Assembly (NCBI GenBank): GCA_903927945.1 | Contig: CAIYOZ010000158.1 | Coordinates: 1-54,471, forward strand | Reading direction: 5' to 3' | DNA from: an uncultured Bacteroidales bacterium | GTDB lineage: Bacteria; Bacteroidota; Bacteroidia; Bacteroidales; Paludibacteraceae | DNA: 54,471 nt | Shown here: piece by piece, positions 1 through 8,226 of the stretch | How positions within the stretch are numbered: the first letter of the stretch is position 1 | Layout: the number at the start of each line of letters is the position of its first letter | Translations under genes and position numbers: made by a program | The notes under the pieces: model-generated | Told to the model about the DNA's origin: nothing | What the model saw: only the letters and a program-made list of their open reading frames with translations | Database searches by the model: none

Positions 1-7
1 AAGTTGG

Positions 8-346
8 ATGAAGCAAACCTACAACAGCAACACCCCTAAAAGTCCCTTGGGAAAGGCCATTAGCTATGCTTTTGGCATGTGGCCCCGTATCTGTCGCTAT
101 TGCAAAGAAGGATATTACCATATTGACAACAACGCCGTTGAGAATGCCATTCGTCCTATCACTCTGGGGCGCAAGAACTATTTGTTCTCGGGCAATGACA
201 GCGGGGCGGAAGATAACTGCATATTCTATACTTTGCTGGGAAGCTGCCTGCAAGCAGGTGTTGAACCGAGTCAATGGCTTACAACCACTCTCGAGAAAAT
301 ACCTTTACTCGAAACCCCTATAAATTGGGAATACTTACTCCCATAG
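8..346 (+). CDS. tnpC: IS66 family transposase, C-terminal part (5' truncated by window edge)
   Basis: PKSPLGKAISY, IDNNAVENAIRPITLGRKNYLFSG and terminal LLP are hallmark IS66 TnpC C-terminal motifs. Confidence 0.92.
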   Translation: MKQTYNSNTPKSPLGKAISYAFGMWPRICRYCKEGYYHIDNNAVENAIRPITLGRKNYLFSGNDSGAEDNCIFYTLLGSCLQAGVEPSQWLTTTLEKIPLLETPINWEYLLP

Positions 347-356
347 AAATTTAATG

Positions 357-402
357 AAAAAACGAACTTAGAGAATAGTGTTTACTCTAAGTCCGTTTTT
401 TT
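357..402. terminator. Bidirectional intrinsic terminator-like hairpin inside the IS66 right end
   Basis: AAAAAACGAACTTAGAG ... CTCTAAGTCCGTTTTTT inverted repeat with A/T tails on both sides. Confidence 0.65.
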
Positions 403-483
403 GCGTTCTACAAACGGCTGATTTGGGATGCTTACTTTAAAAAAGGGATATCTTATCGGTACAGGGAGTTTAAAAGGATCACT

Positions 484-516
484 AAAAAAATGACCGGACA
501 TTGCTGCACGGTCATT
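484..516 (-). terminator. Intrinsic terminator closing the left (susC) operon
   Basis: AATGACCG / CGGTCATT stem (489-496, 509-516) followed on the minus strand by a U-run, downstream of the GH64 gene. Confidence 0.6.
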
Positions 517-663
517 CGTATTGTATATCTCCTATGGAGAAAAGATCTAATGAAAATGATTATTCTATTGAATTATAAATCCACATGGAGTATGTTCATT
601 TAAAGTTCTAAATTTTTCAATCTGAACTCAGGTAAATACCTCTCGAATAATTCGAGCGAGTTA

Positions 664-2781
664 TTAGTTTTTTACAATTTTCACGGTTTGAGTGTGTTGG
701 TTTCCTTCCAGCAATAGCAGATACAGCCCTTTATTGAAAGGCTCCAAATTCAGCACAAATCCGGTTTGTCCGGATATTATCGTTGTTTGAAGTTTTACGG
801 ATCCTTTTGCATCATAAAGACCTGCCCTCATATACTTGTTTTCGGGCACTGTAACGGACACAGTTTTCAACGAAGGATTAGGGAAGACTTCGGTAGGAAT
901 ATTGTCATTCGGGTCGTTTATGCCGGTGGCAGGGGTACAACTGCCCACTACATAACTGTCGTTGCTTGCCTGGCTGTTATGCTGTCCACCCGAAGCCAGT
1001 GAATAAACGTAGTAATAATAGATCAGGTCTCCTTTGTTGGCGGAGGAAATACGGTACGGAACATTTGGTTTCACGGTATGCGCTCCTACAGTATTCCAGC
1101 TGGTGTTCGATTTACTGTAAAAGAAGAGGCAGGAAGTATCGCCATTTCCGGTCACCGAGGGTACAAAGGTAAAAGTGGGATTCGAGGTATCCGTTGACAT
1201 TTGTACCGTGAAGTCACCATTCGCAGTGGTCAGCAGGCAATTTGATTTCACTACAGCTGCCTTTACGGTCACGGTGGTGGAAAAACTGAGAGTCCCAACG
1301 GTGGCTGTTATGGTATAATTTCCTACAGCCTGTGCTGAGAAGTTACCGGCATTATCGATGGTTCCTCCACTAGCTGTCCATACAGGAGTTACGAACATAG
1401 GAGTGTTACCCGAGTCATAGCCCAACGCGGTGAAGTTTTGGATCGTACCTGTCGAAATAGTTGGATTAGAAGGCGAAACGATAATTGTCGAAAGTTGTGC
1501 CACCGGAGCGTTTACAAAGCCCCCAATCGTAATTTTCACCAGCTGGGGATTCGTATTTTGAATGGTGGAGGAGTTATCGAACACATCGTCATACGCAAAA
1601 GCATAGGTCTTTGAATTGATGCTGATATCGCTTTGATGGAAGAACCACACATAGCGGTTAAAGGTATTCTTCTTGAAATACTTGCTGTTGTTGCTCCAGT
1701 CCTGGGGCTGGCCACCCGGAATGGTCAGGTCGATGGCACCGCGGTTGATGGCTGCCGAGAATTGGGCCTGAAAAGCCTTGTCGGCAGATTTGCTGGGTGT
1801 AAAAAGTACGTCCTGGGCTAGGAATCCCTTGCCCTCGATGGCGTCCTGTGTGACGGGCTCTGCGTTGATCCAGGCCTTTGTCCCATCGGTACCGGTCATT
1901 TTCAGCCTGCCACTATCCACTCTGCCCGTGTATTGTCCCATATCACCCAGGCTCACGACCAGTTGATTGGTAGTATAGTAATTCCAAATGCTGTCCAGGT
2001 ATCCTTTAAAGTAATTTTTTGACACACCTGTCTCGGAGAATTCCTGAAGTTTGGACGGTTGCATGATGATACCTCCCAGGGGATCGGTTCCCCAAAGGTC
2101 GGTACGGTAACAGGGGGCAAAGACTGAATTGGCGAAGGTGGTTTGCCAGCGTTGGAGAATGGCCTGGTGAGAGATGAACTCTCCTACCCGGTTATAAGTA
2201 GTAGTTGTACCTGATTTGCCAAAGACCTCCAGACCCATGGGATATTGGTAGGCATCCACCCGGGTAGTATTGACCCACAACCCGTTAGAGCCATTGCTTA
2301 GTTCTATGATTTCGAAACGGATACCGGCATTCGGGTCGGTAGAGCTTTGTATATTTGGGCCGGCATATCCTCCCGTCTGGTGAAAATGGAACCAAAGTGG
2401 TTTTTTAAAGGAGAGAAATATACGGCATCCCGATATCTGGGGTAAGTAAATGGTTTTATTGGCAATATCGCTCAATTTGGTAAACATCGGTGCAAATCCC
2501 CAGTCACCCTTTACCTTGTGAAGGGTATCGGACAAATACGACATGGGTACGAGTGCCGGATTAGTGGCGCTATTGGCTTTAAAATCGATCCATACATCCA
2601 CTGAATCATTTACTTTACCCACCAGTCCAACATAAACATCACTGTCAGCAAAATCAGGAGAATAATTCACAATCTGAAATGGAAGCAGCGTCTGGCTGTT
2701 GGCGCTGAATACTGACAGGACAAATAATGCAATGACGCTAAAGAACGGCTTCATGGAAGAAGAAATGGTTTTCTTTTTCAT
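664..2781 (-). CDS. GH64 beta-1,3-glucanase with Ig-like (Big_2-type) domain, CBM56-like module and T9SS C-terminal domain
   Basis: Signal peptide; GH64 motifs RFEIIEL, VNTTRVDAYQYPM and YAFAYDDVFD; IIVSPSNPTI Ig-like module; VFPNP...GLYLL...KIVKN sorting domain. Confidence 0.85.
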   Translation of the reverse strand: MKKKTISSSMKPFFSVIALFVLSVFSANSQTLLPFQIVNYSPDFADSDVYVGLVGKVNDSVDVWIDFKANSATNPALVPMSYLSDTLHKVKGDWGFAPMFTKLSDIANKTIYLPQISGCRIFLSFKKPLWFHFHQTGGYAGPNIQSSTDPNAGIRFEIIELSNGSNGLWVNTTRVDAYQYPMGLEVFGKSGTTTTYNRVGEFISHQAILQRWQTTFANSVFAPCYRTDLWGTDPLGGIIMQPSKLQEFSETGVSKNYFKGYLDSIWNYYTTNQLVVSLGDMGQYTGRVDSGRLKMTGTDGTKAWINAEPVTQDAIEGKGFLAQDVLFTPSKSADKAFQAQFSAAINRGAIDLTIPGGQPQDWSNNSKYFKKNTFNRYVWFFHQSDISINSKTYAFAYDDVFDNSSTIQNTNPQLVKITIGGFVNAPVAQLSTIIVSPSNPTISTGTIQNFTALGYDSGNTPMFVTPVWTASGGTIDNAGNFSAQAVGNYTITATVGTLSFSTTVTVKAAVVKSNCLLTTANGDFTVQMSTDTSNPTFTFVPSVTGNGDTSCLFFYSKSNTSWNTVGAHTVKPNVPYRISSANKGDLIYYYYVYSLASGGQHNSQASNDSYVVGSCTPATGINDPNDNIPTEVFPNPSLKTVSVTVPENKYMRAGLYDAKGSVKLQTTIISGQTGFVLNLEPFNKGLYLLLLEGNQHTQTVKIVKN

Positions 2782-2902
2782 TTATGCTGGTATAAGTAGT
2801 TGATTAAAATTAAATGAATCTTCGAAAAATAATTCCGACGAATTTGGAATAATAAGATAAAATCAGCTCATATATCCTAATTATCCTATTGAAATGTTTC
2901 AA

Positions 2903-2943
2903 TTTGAAACAAAGGGGTGAACTCATCACCCCTTTGATTCAAA
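2903..2943. terminator. Intergenic stem-loop (terminator or mRNA stabiliser)
   Basis: CAAAGGGGTGA-ACTCA-TCACCCCTTTG perfect stem, extended by TTTGAA/TTCAAA. Confidence 0.6.
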
Positions 2944-2946
2944 TGA

Positions 2947-5900
2947 TTAATGAGTCCTCAAAATAATCTGCCCATGAAAGGCCTTGGTATTCGTATTGTA
3001 TTTCACCATATACATGCCTGCTTCAAATTGAGAGAGGTTGATTTGGTAATTCTGGGTATCAATCACTTTCTCACTCTTGACCATTTGTCCGGCTACATTG
3101 TATATTTCCAGATTCCCGGCTTCCTGAATGCCTGATATCTTGACCAGCCCGGTAGTCGGGTTCGGGTAAAAAGTCAGCATGCTTTGATCGGAAAGTTTGG
3201 CAATATTGTTTACCATGCTAATGGTTGTGATGGTGAAATTATCGGAGATACCACCAATAGTCACCCTGACAGAATAGGTGTTGTCAAACTGGGAACCTGT
3301 TCCCAGTTTCACACGAATCGTATCATTGTTCTTGACTGTTGAAGGATCGGTGGTATAAAGCCCTTTATTTACTGAATAACTGGCTATTTCGGTATTATTC
3401 GAAATAGAAATGGATGTCTGTCCATCAATTCCAGTGACAATGAACGGAGCGGATACCCCTGACGAGAATACATCGGCTCCGGTTTGCGGAGTGATATGAA
3501 ACTGATCAGGAATAGTATCTTTAGGAGCTTCGAATACCCGGAATTCATATATCGAGGTGTATCCACCCGTATAGGTGGCAGCACCCGAGACAGTCATTCG
3601 TACATACCGTGCAACCTGCGGTGCAAATTTTGTAGGGATGGTTAATGCACCGATGGTATTATTTGTTTGATCGGACAACGTAAAGAATTTAACACTGTCA
3701 ACTGATCCTTCGAGCAGGAATTTATAATCACGGCTACCATAAGGCATAAATTCTGTACTATCAATTTTATAAGAAGCCCGCAAGTCCACTACGAATGATT
3801 GCGGGTACTTATTGGTAACACCGGCCCATCGGGTATTGGTGAGCCCATCATTGACATGTGTAATCTCATTCCCCACCTGGAAGGAAGAGCAAGTGATGGG
3901 TTTATTCAATGCCAGGTTAGGTGCAGCGAGTGGCGCTTTCTTGGTAGAAATGCTGAATATATCTTTTGTACTCCCGATCGTCACTGTGGCTGAGCGTGTG
4001 GTCAGATACAAAGGATCTGAAGTCATCTTCACACGAAGCTGATCACCATTACTTACGGTACCATTGGCTGAGGTAAAAGCGCCTCCATTGATGGAATAAG
4101 TAGCAGTATATCCGGTTGCCGAAATCTGGATAGGCTGAGGCAACACAACGCCAGAAAGGGTAGTTATCGACGATGTTATTTCTGTATTCACTTCTGCATT
4201 GACCACATCATCAAAATGGAATGTAGGTACAATTGGAGGATCGGTCGCATTCACTGTGTATCCCTGAGGACGTTGTACGGTTAATCCATCAATCAGATTA
4301 AAAGCCTGGGACGTAACAGTAGAAGTAGCAGAAGTCAATCCGGCGGCACTTGCATTGAGTGTGAAACTCCCGGCTGTGCGTGTTGCACGCACAAAGACAC
4401 GGTTGATACCGCATTCGGTATGTAACGTATCCTGATACACACTGTATTGAATACCGCTGTTATAACCTCCCAGGTAGGTTCCCTGTCCGGAATAGGTAAA
4501 ACTAACCTTGCCATCCTGGGTAGGGACACGAATGCCATTGGCATCCACTACTTCCACATCAAACATGGCCACATCATTTCCATCGGCAATGAAACCTGTT
4601 GGGCCTAATACCGGAGTAAGCTTTAATTTCGTGGCTGTTCCGGCCGAAACTATCTGTCTGGTTTTTTTGGCAACACCGGCCACATATCCTGTAGCTACAA
4701 TTTTACCCGGCATCCAGGCTACATTAGCGAACGTATATTCAAACTGATTCGCCTTGACACCCATTCCATAATCCTTGATCAGTTTACCGGAAGGATCGTA
4801 CGTTGCAAGGCTTACATTTTCCATGTTTGAAACGACGTATACCGGCTTAATGGTGCCTGCGGGATAAGTCCAGTGACCCAATAGTTCAATGTCGGTGGTA
4901 TCACTTTGAGCTGCTTTCATGGCATAATACGATTCTTTTGGCAGACGTGCTGCATCCATTACTCCACTTACCCTGCACACTTCAGTCTTGGACATTCGTC
5001 CATGGCTTACTCCATCCGCAAAGATAATCTTGGCACCTCCGCACATGATGGAACTTAATCCAAGCCCTCCCCTTAATGACCAACGATCGTTGTATTTTTT
5101 GACGTTGTTGAGTGCCAGGTCTTCACAACTATTGTAGAGGAAATCATCAACCGGAAATTCTACAATCGTATTGGAGGTATCGGCTATGTTTTTATACCCG
5201 TAACTTGGTGGCGAATATTTATCCCAGACCCTGCGGGGACATTCCCCACGGGCGTATTCCGCATCCCAGACAGGGACAGTGGAAGAACCTCCAAGTCCAT
5301 CCATGGTTGACCCGTATTCTTCAATACCCGCCAGGGTAGCATCGACAGAACGGGTACCACTAAAACGACCTCCGTTGGGGTCCCAGGTCTTGCGTACATT
5401 CAGCATATCCTGCATATGTTCAGGAAGTATTTTTTGATTCCCGCCTTCAAAGAACACAATGGAGGGATTATTCCGGTAGAAAATTGTCAGGGCACGCATC
5501 ACTTCCACCCGTTGATCCCATTGGCGGCCGGTAGCATCCGACTCACCATCCCCAGCCGGACAAGCATAAATAGTTCCAAACTTGTCGGCTGCCTCCACAT
5601 CTCTTTTACGGGGACCGCAATGCATAGGTCGAAGGAAATTACCGTTACTTAGTTTCATCAGGCTGAAATCATATTCAGCCATCCAGTTAGGAGCAACGCC
5701 CAGCGTCACCCATTCCATGGTAGTACGGGGAGCATATCCTTTCAGGTATAAGAAGTTTCCATTGATGGATAATCCTTCTGCCACATTAAAGTCCACTTTA
5801 CGAACTCCCAATGGAGTCTGATACACATCAAGCACTTTCCCTGCACTGACCAGCTGAGAATATACTTTATAGAGATTGGGGTAACCCGGCGACCAGAATT

Positions 5901-6765
5901 TCACATTGGTGAGGGGAAGCGTGGTGGTGAGCGTCTTTGTTTCACCACCTTTAAATCCATTTGCAGGCACTGTATCGCAGGCAACCAGTAAGCCATCCCT
6001 GTCGACAATGGCAACTACATAATCTACCTTAACTGAATCGGCATTGCTGTTCATGACCTGCGCTTCCACGGTAATATCTGCCGAGCGTGCACCTATATTG
6101 ATATTCGTCGGATACACGTAAGTTCCGGTAGTTCCAAGATTATTATATAATGGCAGGGTCTGATATACCTTATCCATCACATGGAGGTTTACGTTGCTTA
6201 CAATTCCTCCGATATTCGGATCGAATGGGGGTGTATTCCATGTATAAGAGATTCCTGTAGCCACTTCTTTGTATCCTAGTGTGTTATCCACTTTGACTGC
6301 CAATACGTTTTCAACAGCTCCAAAATTTACATAGGCTGATATATCGATTCCACAGGGAGTAATCCCATCTTCGTGACGTCCAACCCAGGCTCCGTTGATA
6401 TAGATCTCTCCTGCCTGGCGGATACCTTCAAATTCAACAATCACTTTGCGTCCGCTTAATGCTGCATCGAGTTTAAAATGCTTGCGATACCATGTCTTTC
6501 CGGCCCATCCATAATGTCCGCTACCCGTGATCCAGGTATTAAAAAAATCGAAGTCATTATACGTATGAGGCAGACTTACAGTCTTCCAGGCTGCATCCAC
6601 ATAGGAAACCAGTTGTGAGTTTGCGACATCGGCCTTATTAAATTTCCAATCGTAGTTCAGGTTATATTTGATTCGATTGTTCGAGGGGGGCGTATAAATC
6701 CCGCTAGCCGAAAGAGAGATTGCCATGCAAAAAAACACTGAGAATAACAGGAAGGTTGACTTCAT
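2947..6765 (-). CDS. GH2 glycoside hydrolase (beta-galactosidase-like, DUF4982-type) with CBM32/F5_8 module, two Ig-like repeats and T9SS CTD
   Basis: WKF...VSLPHTYN, WYRKHF and IVEFEGIRQ sugar-binding domain; YRNNPSIVF; NLALNKPITCSS...DGLTNTRW...RYVRMTV (CBM32); FYPNPT...GMYMVK CTD. Confidence 0.85.
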   Translation of the reverse strand: MKSTFLLFSVFFCMAISLSASGIYTPPSNNRIKYNLNYDWKFNKADVANSQLVSYVDAAWKTVSLPHTYNDFDFFNTWITGSGHYGWAGKTWYRKHFKLDAALSGRKVIVEFEGIRQAGEIYINGAWVGRHEDGITPCGIDISAYVNFGAVENVLAVKVDNTLGYKEVATGISYTWNTPPFDPNIGGIVSNVNLHVMDKVYQTLPLYNNLGTTGTYVYPTNINIGARSADITVEAQVMNSNADSVKVDYVVAIVDRDGLLVACDTVPANGFKGGETKTLTTTLPLTNVKFWSPGYPNLYKVYSQLVSAGKVLDVYQTPLGVRKVDFNVAEGLSINGNFLYLKGYAPRTTMEWVTLGVAPNWMAEYDFSLMKLSNGNFLRPMHCGPRKRDVEAADKFGTIYACPAGDGESDATGRQWDQRVEVMRALTIFYRNNPSIVFFEGGNQKILPEHMQDMLNVRKTWDPNGGRFSGTRSVDATLAGIEEYGSTMDGLGGSSTVPVWDAEYARGECPRRVWDKYSPPSYGYKNIADTSNTIVEFPVDDFLYNSCEDLALNNVKKYNDRWSLRGGLGLSSIMCGGAKIIFADGVSHGRMSKTEVCRVSGVMDAARLPKESYYAMKAAQSDTTDIELLGHWTYPAGTIKPVYVVSNMENVSLATYDPSGKLIKDYGMGVKANQFEYTFANVAWMPGKIVATGYVAGVAKKTRQIVSAGTATKLKLTPVLGPTGFIADGNDVAMFDVEVVDANGIRVPTQDGKVSFTYSGQGTYLGGYNSGIQYSVYQDTLHTECGINRVFVRATRTAGSFTLNASAAGLTSATSTVTSQAFNLIDGLTVQRPQGYTVNATDPPIVPTFHFDDVVNAEVNTEITSSITTLSGVVLPQPIQISATGYTATYSINGGAFTSANGTVSNGDQLRVKMTSDPLYLTTRSATVTIGSTKDIFSISTKKAPLAAPNLALNKPITCSSFQVGNEITHVNDGLTNTRWAGVTNKYPQSFVVDLRASYKIDSTEFMPYGSRDYKFLLEGSVDSVKFFTLSDQTNNTIGALTIPTKFAPQVARYVRMTVSGAATYTGGYTSIYEFRVFEAPKDTIPDQFHITPQTGADVFSSGVSAPFIVTGIDGQTSISISNNTEIASYSVNKGLYTTDPSTVKNNDTIRVKLGTGSQFDNTYSVRVTIGGISDNFTITTISMVNNIAKLSDQSMLTFYPNPTTGLVKISGIQEAGNLEIYNVAGQMVKSEKVIDTQNYQINLSQFEAGMYMVKYNTNTKAFHGQIILRTH

Positions 6766-6794
6766 ATGTAGAAATGTAGAAAGTGATTGCTTTT

Positions 6795-6837
6795 TAAAAC
6801 ATCCTAAAGTGATGTAGGATCACTTTAGAATGTTTTA
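6795..6837 (-). terminator. Intergenic stem-loop
   Basis: TAAAACATCCTAAAGTGAT / ATCACTTTAGAATGTTTTA; the single C.A mismatch is G-U on the minus strand. Confidence 0.6.
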
Positions 6838-6867
6838 TTAATTAATTTAGTAGAATACTGTGAAAGA

Positions 6868-8085
6868 TTATTTCTTGGTCATTTGATGTGTTTCCACCTT
6901 ACCATTGCTATCTGTTATTTTCACGAGATAGTTTCCGGATGGAAGCATAGACGTATCAACCGAATTCTTATTTGAAACGCTCAACATTTCCTGTCCTGCC
7001 ATGTTAAGAATAATCACCCGGGTGGGTTGATTGTTGGCTTCAATGGTGATATGATCGTTAGCAGGGTTTGGGTAAATCCTGTACTCATCATCTGCTTTCA
7101 CCTCGCTCACTCCTGTTCCAGGTGAAAGTGCAGGTCCTGTATAGGTTTCTGTTGATACTCCCCGTTGATAAACACGGACGTAATCGACATACATATTGGC
7201 ATCCCCGTTAGCCAAAGCTGTTATCTTACCAATGTTCGAGTTCCCGGTGATTCCTGTAAAGTTCCCCCCGATGGCCAGATTGAAGATCACATAAAATGGC
7301 AGATTGAAGTAGTGGGCAGAATTGCCGGCTACATCAGCACCGTTAATAGCCAGTGTATTATAGGGTTTGTTGTTTGGATATTTATCCAGGTCGAGATACA
7401 TACTGATGGTATCCCCCCAAATCACTGTAAACAAATGGAAATCATCCTGCAAACCATAACTATTGGTAACGGCAGTTCCTGTATTTGGATACGCTCCACC
7501 GTTCCAGCTTTCACCCCAGTGGCACCATCCGCTAAAATACTTATCCTGCGTTCCGGCATTTATTCCGTTGGTATTACCCATTTCCATAATATCCATCTCA
7601 CCGCATTTAGGCCATCCCACACTAGCATAGTCCTCTCCCATCATCCAGAAAGCCGGCCAGAGTCCGTTCGCTGTATGAGGCAACTTGATACGGGCTTCTA
7701 TCTTACCATGTGTGAAATACATTTTGCTGAATGTCTTGAGGCGACCGGAAGTACATACACTCCCTAAATAATTTTCCTTTTTAGCAGTAATGATTAAACA
7801 ATTGGCACCACTGACAGGCTCTGCTCCAACAGTAATATTTTCACGTTTGTAATATTCCATTTCATTATTACCACCACCACCGCCATTTAATTCCACCACC
7901 CAGTTATTGGTTTCATCGAGTGTGGTGCCATTAAACTCATCTGCCCAAACCAAATGATAACCGGTCCTTACATTGTCTGTTCCTGAAGTGCTTGCCGGTG
8001 ATTTGTACGGATACGATTGGGCAAATGCCCCATGGAAAGTGAATAGTAAAAAAGAAAAGAGAAAAAGTTTTTTAAAATGCTTCAT
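6868..8085 (-). CDS. GH16 laminarinase-type endo-beta-1,3-glucanase with T9SS CTD
   Basis: LVWADEFNG, WPAFWMMG, catalytic GEMDIME (ExDxxE), FNLAIGG and VDYVRVYQ. Start moved to MKHFKKLF (ATG at 8085), which gives a clean signal peptide. IYPNPA...GNYLVK CTD. Confidence 0.92.
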   Translation of the reverse strand: MKHFKKLFLFSFLLFTFHGAFAQSYPYKSPASTSGTDNVRTGYHLVWADEFNGTTLDETNNWVVELNGGGGGNNEMEYYKRENITVGAEPVSGANCLIITAKKENYLGSVCTSGRLKTFSKMYFTHGKIEARIKLPHTANGLWPAFWMMGEDYASVGWPKCGEMDIMEMGNTNGINAGTQDKYFSGWCHWGESWNGGAYPNTGTAVTNSYGLQDDFHLFTVIWGDTISMYLDLDKYPNNKPYNTLAINGADVAGNSAHYFNLPFYVIFNLAIGGNFTGITGNSNIGKITALANGDANMYVDYVRVYQRGVSTETYTGPALSPGTGVSEVKADDEYRIYPNPANDHITIEANNQPTRVIILNMAGQEMLSVSNKNSVDTSMLPSGNYLVKITDSNGKVETHQMTKK

Positions 8086-8187
8086 GATAATGATTGTGAG
8101 AATGTTATTTGGATAAAATGAATATTCTATATAAAATGGCTTGTTAGCCAACTTCTTTTTTTACCTTAAAATCAAACGAAGTAAATG

Positions 8188-8221
8188 CAAGGTTCACAGA
8201 GAATATTCTCCATGAACCTTG
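8188..8221 (-). terminator. Intergenic stem-loop
   Basis: CAAGGTTCACAGAGA / TCTCCATGAACCTTG; both mismatches become G-U on the minus strand. Confidence 0.6.
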
Positions 8222-8226
8222 AAAAA

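Larger units (their letters stand above)
1..435 (+). mobile_element. Right end of an IS66-family insertion sequence (partial, runs off the left edge)
   Basis: IS66 transposase C-terminus at 8-346. The segment ends in ...GGGATGCTTAC at 435, whose reverse complement GTAAGCATCCC matches the GTAA-starting terminal inverted repeats of IS66 elements. Confidence 0.8.

Noticed and set aside
66-323. 85-aa plus-strand ORF overlapping the transposase
   Set aside because: Alternative frame of tnpC with no recognisable motif.
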